From contig JAVEEH010000146.1 of assembly GCA_030840545.1 (NCBI GenBank), positions 1 through 38,457 of the forward strand: DNA of 38,457 bases, written 5' to 3'. The DNA is from Frankiaceae bacterium (GTDB taxonomy: Bacteria > Actinomycetota > Actinomycetes > JAFAQI01). Numbering within the stretch: position 1 is the first letter of the stretch; every line of letters begins with the position of its first letter. The notes under the pieces were generated by a model. That model ran no database searches and was not told the DNA's origin. It saw only the letters and a program-made list of their open reading frames with translations. A program made the position numbers and the translations under genes. Shown piece by piece: positions 34,805-38,457 of the stretch.

Positions 34805-37800
34805 TTGACGAGCGACTCGTTCGTGCACCTGCACGTGCACACCGAGTACTCCATGCTCGACGGCGCCGCCCGGCTGAAGGACCTGTTCAAAGAGACCGCG
34901 CGGATGGGGATGCCCGCGCTGGCGATGACCGACCACGGCAACGTGTTCGGCGCCTACGAGTTCTGGAAGCAGGCGACCGAGGCGGGCGTCAACCCGCTCG
35001 TCGGGTGCGAGCTCTACGTGACACCGGGGACGCACCGGTCCGACCGCACCCGCGTCCGCTGGGCGGAGGGCGGCGAGGACGACGTCTCCGGCGGCGGCGC
35101 TTTCACGCACATGACGGTTCTGGCCGAGACCACCGAGGGCATGCACAACCTGTTCCGGATGTCCTCGCTCGCGAGCCTCGAGGGCTACTTCTACAAGCCG
35201 CGGGTCGACCGGGAGCTGTTGTCGACCTATGCGACCGGGCTGATCGCGACGACCGGATGTCCGTCGGGAGAGATCCAGACCCGGCTGCGGATGGGCGACT
35301 ACGACGGCGCCAAGCGGGTCGCCGGTGAGCTGCAGGAGATCTTCGGCCGCGACAGCTTCTTCTGCGAGCTGATGGACCACGGGCTCGACATCGAGCGCCG
35401 GGTGCATCAAGGGCTCAAGCAGCTCGCAGCGGAACTGGCGATCCCGCTCGTCGCAACCAACGACCTGCACTACACCTACGCCGACGACGCCGACGCCCAT
35501 GAGGTGCTGCTGTGCGTGCAGTCCGGCAAGACGATGGCCGACCCCAACCGCTTCCGCTTCGATGCCCGCGACTTCTATCTCAAGTCACCGGAGGAGATGC
35601 GCCGGCTGTGGCGTGAGCTGCCCGAGGCGTGCGACAACACGTTGCTCATCGCCGAGCGGTGCCACGTCGAGTTCGCCACCCGCGACCTGCTCCCGCAGTT
35701 CCCGGTGCCTGCCGGTGAGACCGAGGACTCGTGGCTGCGCACGGAGGTCGTTCGCGGGCTTGCTCGGCGCTTCCCGGGCGGGGTGCCGGACGACCGGCGG
35801 GCACAGGCCGACTACGAGCTCGGCGTCATGGTGCAGATGGGGTTCCCCGGCTACTTCCTCGTCGTCGCCGACCTGTGCCGGCACGCCCGGGAGAGCGGCA
35901 TCCGGGTGGGGCCTGGTCGCGGCTCGGCCGCGGGGTCGATGGTCGCCTACGCGCTCGGCATCACCGAGCTCGACCCGATCGAGCACAAGCTGGTCTTCGA
36001 ACGGTTCCTCAACCCCGAGCGCATCTCGATGCCCGACATCGACCTCGACTTCGACGAGCGCCGCCGCGGCGACATGATCCGCTATGCGACCGAGCGCTAC
36101 GGCGAGGACCGCGTCTCGCAGATCATCACCTACGGCACGATCAAGGCGAAGCAGGCCGTCAAGGACTCCGCGCGGGTGCTGGGTCACCCGTTCGCGATGG
36201 GTGACCGCATCACCAAGGTGATGCCACCGCCGGTGATGGGCAAGGACATGCCGTTGTCGGCGATCTTCGACGACAAGGACTCCCGCTACAAGGAAGCCGG
36301 CGAGTTCCGCCAGCTCTACGAGACCGACCCCGACGTGCGCAAGGTCGTCGACACGGCGCGCGGGCTCGAGGGGCTCAAGCGTCAGTGGGGCGTGCACGCA
36401 GCAGGCGTCATCTTGTCGCGCGAGCCGTTGCTCGACGTCGTACCCATCATGCGGCGTGAGCTGGACGGTGCGGTCATCACGCAGTTCGACATGGGGGCGT
36501 GTGAGTCCCTCGGTCTGCTCAAGATGGATTTCCTGGGGTTGCGCAACCTCACGGTGCTCGACGACTGCCTGCAGAACATCGAGGCCAACCGGGGTGAGCA
36601 GGTCGTCCTCGAGACACTGACTCTCGACGACCGGCCGACCTACGAGCTGTTGGGCCGGGGCGACTCGCTCGGTGTGTTCCAGCTCGACGGCGGCCCGATG
36701 CGTTCACTGATCCGGCAGATGCGCCCGGACAACTTCGAGGACATCTCCGCGCTCATCGCGCTCTACCGTCCCGGCCCGATGGGCGTCGGCGCGCACATCC
36801 AGTACGTCGAGCGCAAGCACGGCCGGCAGCGAATCGACCCGATCCACCCCGAGCTCGAAGAGCCGCTCAAGGAGATTCTCGACGACACCTATGGCGTGAT
36901 CGTCTACCAGGAGCAGGTCATGGCGGCCGCGCAGAAGGTCGCCGGCTACACGATGGGCCAGGCCGACCTGTTGCGGCGGGCGATGGGCAAGAAGAAGAAG
37001 GAGATCCTCGACAAGGAGTACATCCCCTTCGCCGCCGGCATGCGCGAACGTGGCTACGGCGACGCGGCCATCGCCAAGCTCTGGGAAGTGCTGGTCCCCT
37101 TCGCCGACTACGCGTTCAACAAGGCCCACTCGGCCGGCTACGGCCTCGTCTCCTACTGGACGGCCTACTTCAAGGCCAACTACCCGGCCGAATACATGGC
37201 GGCGCTGCTCACGTCGACCCGCGACGACAAGGACAAGTCCGCGCTCTATTTGCATGAGTGCCGCCGGATGGGCATCAAGGTGCTGCCGCCCGACGTCAAC
37301 TCCTCCGACGCCAACTTCACCCCGGTCGGCACCGACATCCGCTTCGGTCTCACCGCGATCCGCAACGTCGGCGACAACGTCGTCGGATCGATCATCGCCA
37401 CCCGCCGGTCTGCAGGGATGTACGCCGACTTCCCGGACTTCCTCAGGAAGGTCGAGCCGGTCGCCTGCAACAAGAAGGTCATCGAGTCGCTCATCAAGGC
37501 CGGCGCGTTCGACTCGTTGGGCCACACCCGCCAAGGACTCCTGCGTGTGCACGCCGACGCCGTCGATGCGTGCATGGACACCAAACGCAACGAGGCGATC
37601 GGGCAGTTTGATCTGTTCGGCACCGGCGACGAGGAGGCCGAGTCGCCGGGCTTCGGGCTCGACCTCGTCATCCCGTTGGGGGAGTGGGAGAAGCAGACGC
37701 TGCTCGCCTACGAGCGCGAGATGCTCGGGCTCTATGTGTCCGACCACCCGTTGTTCGGCATCGAGCACGTCCTCGCCGCAGCGGTCGACTGCTCCGTCTC

Positions 37801-38317
37801 GGCGCTGACCGGCGAGGAGAAGGCCGACGGGGCGATCGTGACCATCGGCGGCATCTTGTCCACGCTGACGCGCAAGGTCACCAAGACCGGCAACGCGTGG
37901 GCGCTGGCCACCCTCGAAGACCTCGAAGGTGCGATCGAGGTCATGTTCTTCCCCGCGGCCTACCAGCTGTGCGGCATCCATCTGGTCGAGGACGCGGTCC
38001 TGCTGGTCCGCGGCCGGCTCGACAAGCACGAGGACGTCCCGCGACTCATCGCGATGGACGTCATGGTGCCCGATGTGTCGGTGCAGCCCCGTGGGCCGGT
38101 CACGATCACGTTGCCGGCGCCGCGCTGCACGCCGATCGTCGTCGAACGCCTCAAGGATGTGCTGTCGACACATCCCGGCACCACCGAGGTCCGGCTGCAG
38201 GTCTCCGCCGGGCAGAAGGTCACGGTGCTGCGTCTCGGTGACGCGTTCCGGGTGACGCCGACCAACGGTCTGATGGCCGATCTCAAGGCGCTCCTCGGAC
38301 CCGCCGCCATCAGCTGA
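34805..38317 (+). CDS. dnaE: DNA polymerase III alpha subunit DnaE1
   Basis: The PHP domain begins (M)TSDSFVHLHVHTEYSMLDGA. Its length (about 1170 aa) and full-length colinearity fit DnaE. I set the start at TTG 34805 because GGAG lies 6 nt upstream and the N-terminus then has a family-typical length. The track ORF start at 34724 is less likely. Confidence 0.93.
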   Translation: MTSDSFVHLHVHTEYSMLDGAARLKDLFKETARMGMPALAMTDHGNVFGAYEFWKQATEAGVNPLVGCELYVTPGTHRSDRTRVRWAEGGEDDVSGGGAFTHMTVLAETTEGMHNLFRMSSLASLEGYFYKPRVDRELLSTYATGLIATTGCPSGEIQTRLRMGDYDGAKRVAGELQEIFGRDSFFCELMDHGLDIERRVHQGLKQLAAELAIPLVATNDLHYTYADDADAHEVLLCVQSGKTMADPNRFRFDARDFYLKSPEEMRRLWRELPEACDNTLLIAERCHVEFATRDLLPQFPVPAGETEDSWLRTEVVRGLARRFPGGVPDDRRAQADYELGVMVQMGFPGYFLVVADLCRHARESGIRVGPGRGSAAGSMVAYALGITELDPIEHKLVFERFLNPERISMPDIDLDFDERRRGDMIRYATERYGEDRVSQIITYGTIKAKQAVKDSARVLGHPFAMGDRITKVMPPPVMGKDMPLSAIFDDKDSRYKEAGEFRQLYETDPDVRKVVDTARGLEGLKRQWGVHAAGVILSREPLLDVVPIMRRELDGAVITQFDMGACESLGLLKMDFLGLRNLTVLDDCLQNIEANRGEQVVLETLTLDDRPTYELLGRGDSLGVFQLDGGPMRSLIRQMRPDNFEDISALIALYRPGPMGVGAHIQYVERKHGRQRIDPIHPELEEPLKEILDDTYGVIVYQEQVMAAAQKVAGYTMGQADLLRRAMGKKKKEILDKEYIPFAAGMRERGYGDAAIAKLWEVLVPFADYAFNKAHSAGYGLVSYWTAYFKANYPAEYMAALLTSTRDDKDKSALYLHECRRMGIKVLPPDVNSSDANFTPVGTDIRFGLTAIRNVGDNVVGSIIATRRSAGMYADFPDFLRKVEPVACNKKVIESLIKAGAFDSLGHTRQGLLRVHADAVDACMDTKRNEAIGQFDLFGTGDEEAESPGFGLDLVIPLGEWEKQTLLAYEREMLGLYVSDHPLFGIEHVLAAAVDCSVSALTGEEKADGAIVTIGGILSTLTRKVTKTGNAWALATLEDLEGAIEVMFFPAAYQLCGIHLVEDAVLLVRGRLDKHEDVPRLIAMDVMVPDVSVQPRGPVTITLPAPRCTPIVVERLKDVLSTHPGTTEVRLQVSAGQKVTVLRLGDAFRVTPTNGLMADLKALLGPAAIS

Positions 38318-38332
38318 CCGAGCGAACTGCAC

Positions 38333-38403
38333 CACTTCGAAGGGCTCCCGACCACGACACGCCGTCGGTGCACCCCAAAGTTGGTCGGGCGCCCTCCGAA
38401 GTG
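38333..38403 (+). terminator. Long imperfect hairpin after dnaE (21-nt arms, 19/21 paired, 29-nt loop)
   Basis: CACTTCGAAGGGCTCCCGACC (38333..38353) pairs with GGTCGGGCGCCCTCCGAAGTG (38383..38403). It starts 16 nt after the dnaE TGA. There is no U-tract, as is common for GC-rich actinobacterial terminators. Confidence 0.45.
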
Positions 38404-38457
38404 CGGCGATCGGCGCGGCGAGCAACGGATGCCGACGCTGCTGCTGGCACCGTGATG

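Overview
This is a very GC-rich (about 70% by eye, not computed) chromosomal segment from an actinobacterium. The + strand carries a complete division/cell-wall (dcw) cluster: mraZ-rsmH-ftsL-ftsI-murE-murF-mraY-murD-ftsW-murG-[two extra genes]-murC-ftsQ-ftsZ-pgeF-yggS-sepF-yggT-divIVA. A divergent moxR-DUF58 pair lies to its left. To its right is a four-gene block that interrupts the usual divIVA-ileS neighbourhood: a membrane protein with a histone-H1-like Lys/Ala tail, an orphan 152-aa protein, a Tat-signal flavin amine oxidase and an ArsR-SRPBCC regulator. Next come ileS (minus strand, with a T-box leader), a DdbA-like H1-tail/DksA-zinc-finger protein, lspA, an RluD-family pseudouridine synthase, an unknown membrane-anchored protein, a DHA2-type MFS transporter and dnaE. 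I recognised no rRNA, tRNA, CRISPR, IS/transposase, integrase or phage genes. Many supplied ORFs are antisense or out-of-frame GC artefacts or are over-extended at the 5' end. I re-picked starts from family-typical N-termini, Shine-Dalgarno (SD) spacing and 4-nt stop/start overlaps. The most unusual item is a CBS-domain sugar-phosphate nucleotidyltransferase plus an NDP-sugar dehydratase/epimerase-type SDR, translationally stitched between murG and murC. Regulatory elements readable from the sequence are three 10-bp-phased GTGG(A/G)G MraZ-type boxes over a promoter upstream of mraZ, an ileS T-box with an AUC specifier and an SD-sequestering segment, and a palindromic operator inside a leaderless-type promoter for the ArsR-SRPBCC gene. 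All functional calls rest on motifs I recognise by eye; no database search was run.
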